46,563 bases of DNA from NCBI GenBank assembly GCA_964435575.1, contig CAYSZS010000003.1:1-46563 (forward strand), written 5' to 3'. The notes below the pieces were generated by a model. That model was given only the letters and a program-made list of their open reading frames with translations, was not told where the DNA came from and did no database searches. Origin of the DNA: an uncultured Gammaproteobacteria bacterium (GTDB lineage Bacteria; Patescibacteriota; Microgenomatia; UBA8517). Numbering within the stretch: the stretch's first letter is position 1; every line of letters begins with the position of its first letter. Below are positions 45,631 through 46,563 of this stretch, piece after piece. Position numbers and translations under genes: made by a program.

Positions 45631-46563
45631 TTATTTATTCCAGTAATGTATAAAGCCAACTCCGTGATAATCATAGGTTTTGGAAACGCTATAACCAGAA
45701 TCAGATAGCATTTTTTGCACTACATCCTTAGGGTCTGATAATTCTCTCAAATATTCAAAATAGTAAATTCCCTTTCTGTCTTTTAGCGCTTCGGCTGTTA
45801 TTTGACGCGTCTTAGCAGGATCAGCGGATATAGAATCTGTCACGCCAATGGCCTCAATCAAATTTTTTGCATACCATTTGTAGGGAGCGAAAGGTTGAGT
45901 AAACTCAAATATTACAATGTCGTTTATTTGTGCTGTTTTTTCAATAAAAAGAACGGCCTGTCGCCACTGTTCTCTTTGCTGATTTTCATCAGATATATAA
46001 ATTACCCAGCCAAATAGATTAACGCCTACCAGTAAAGTCACTAGTATATTCTTGATAGTTTTAATCGTGAAAGATGATATAGCCCAGGAAACAAGTAAAT
46101 AAAATGCAGGCAATACGTAGAGAAACCTAAAATAGACAAATGCAGGGAACCAGAAAGACGCAACAAATCCTAATGCTAACGGAGCTATCAACCAAAGATC
46201 AATCAAATCCATATATTTTGGCTTTTTTGTAAACACTAATTTAATAAATGAAATAATAAATGGTGCTGAAGCTAGACCGACGAGGGTATAATAGAAAATT
46301 TTTCGGGGAAAACTTAAGCGTCCGAAAACAAATTTCATCCAGACTAATAGCGCCTGTTTTAGAGTCGCTCCACCAGCCACCCTCCTCCACCCAGGTAAAG
46401 TCTCTAAAAGCCACCTTCCTCGCCCCGACTGATATAGAAATGTGGGCAACCAAAAGTATCCAAAGATTAGTAGAGTAATATGAGATGCAATAAATTTTAA
46501 CCGCCAAATTTTATTCCGTTTCATTAGATAACCATAGAGCCAAAACACTGGTAATAAAAATAC
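45631..46563 (-). CDS. GT-C fold membrane glycosyltransferase-like protein, 5' end outside the window
   Basis: frame stays open to the window edge; WLP, YFRFLYVLP, REQWRQAV motifs typical of PMT/ArnT-like C-terminal halves. Confidence 0.7.
   Translation of the reverse strand, partial: VFLLPVFWLYGYLMKRNKIWRLKFIASHITLLIFGYFWLPTFLYQSGRGRWLLETLPGWRRVAGGATLKQALLVWMKFVFGRLSFPRKIFYYTLVGLASAPFIISFIKLVFTKKPKYMDLIDLWLIAPLALGFVASFWFPAFVYFRFLYVLPAFYLLVSWAISSFTIKTIKNILVTLLVGVNLFGWVIYISDENQQREQWRQAVLFIEKTAQINDIVIFEFTQPFAPYKWYAKNLIEAIGVTDSISADPAKTRQITAEALKDRKGIYYFEYLRELSDPKDVVQKMLSDSGYSVSKTYDYHGVGFIHYWNK

Noticed and set aside
1802-46478. Numerous short antisense or overlapping ORFs in the track (e.g. 1959..2429, 3122..3523, 6985..7401, 27112..27570, 43562..43963)
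   Set aside because: They are shadows of well-conserved genes and have no recognisable motifs.
1-46563. Alternative genetic code (UGA=Gly as in Gracilibacteria/Absconditabacteria)
   Set aside because: Conserved genes are full length under code 11, and several end at TGA in ATGA overlaps.

Overview
Standard-code (table 11), AT-rich, gene-dense bacterial chromosome segment. Protein style suggests Patescibacteria/CPR, probably Microgenomates (inference from the N-terminally altered MurF, short RecO, homodimeric GlyRS, DUF4012 and lack of Shine-Dalgarno motifs). 1.7-22 kb is a rearranged dcw cluster (mraZ-rsmH-ftsL-like-ftsI-murA-murE-murC, murB-murD, murF-mraY-ftsW-murG-ftsQ-like-ftsA-ftsZ). 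It is interrupted by two opposite-strand genes: a second, divergent MurA with Asp at the fosfomycin-target Cys position, and a fold-IV aminotransferase resembling non-canonical D-amino-acid transaminases. 22-27 kb holds glyQS, a NUDIX gene, DUF2130 and recO. 27-46.5 kb is a surface-glycan locus (priming sugar transferase, ManC-like, GT4/GT2/GT-C enzymes, O-antigen-ligase-like protein, acetyltransferase) with an embedded NUDIX/CYTH patch carrying gene-tail relics. The most unusual signal is a set of short GC-rich DNA palindromes sitting in frame inside conserved genes: two sites in rsmH (one a tandem of covarying 24-nt hairpins separated by 3-nt repeats), plus murE, glyQS and a GT4. No rRNA, tRNA, CRISPR array, transposase or integrase was recognised.
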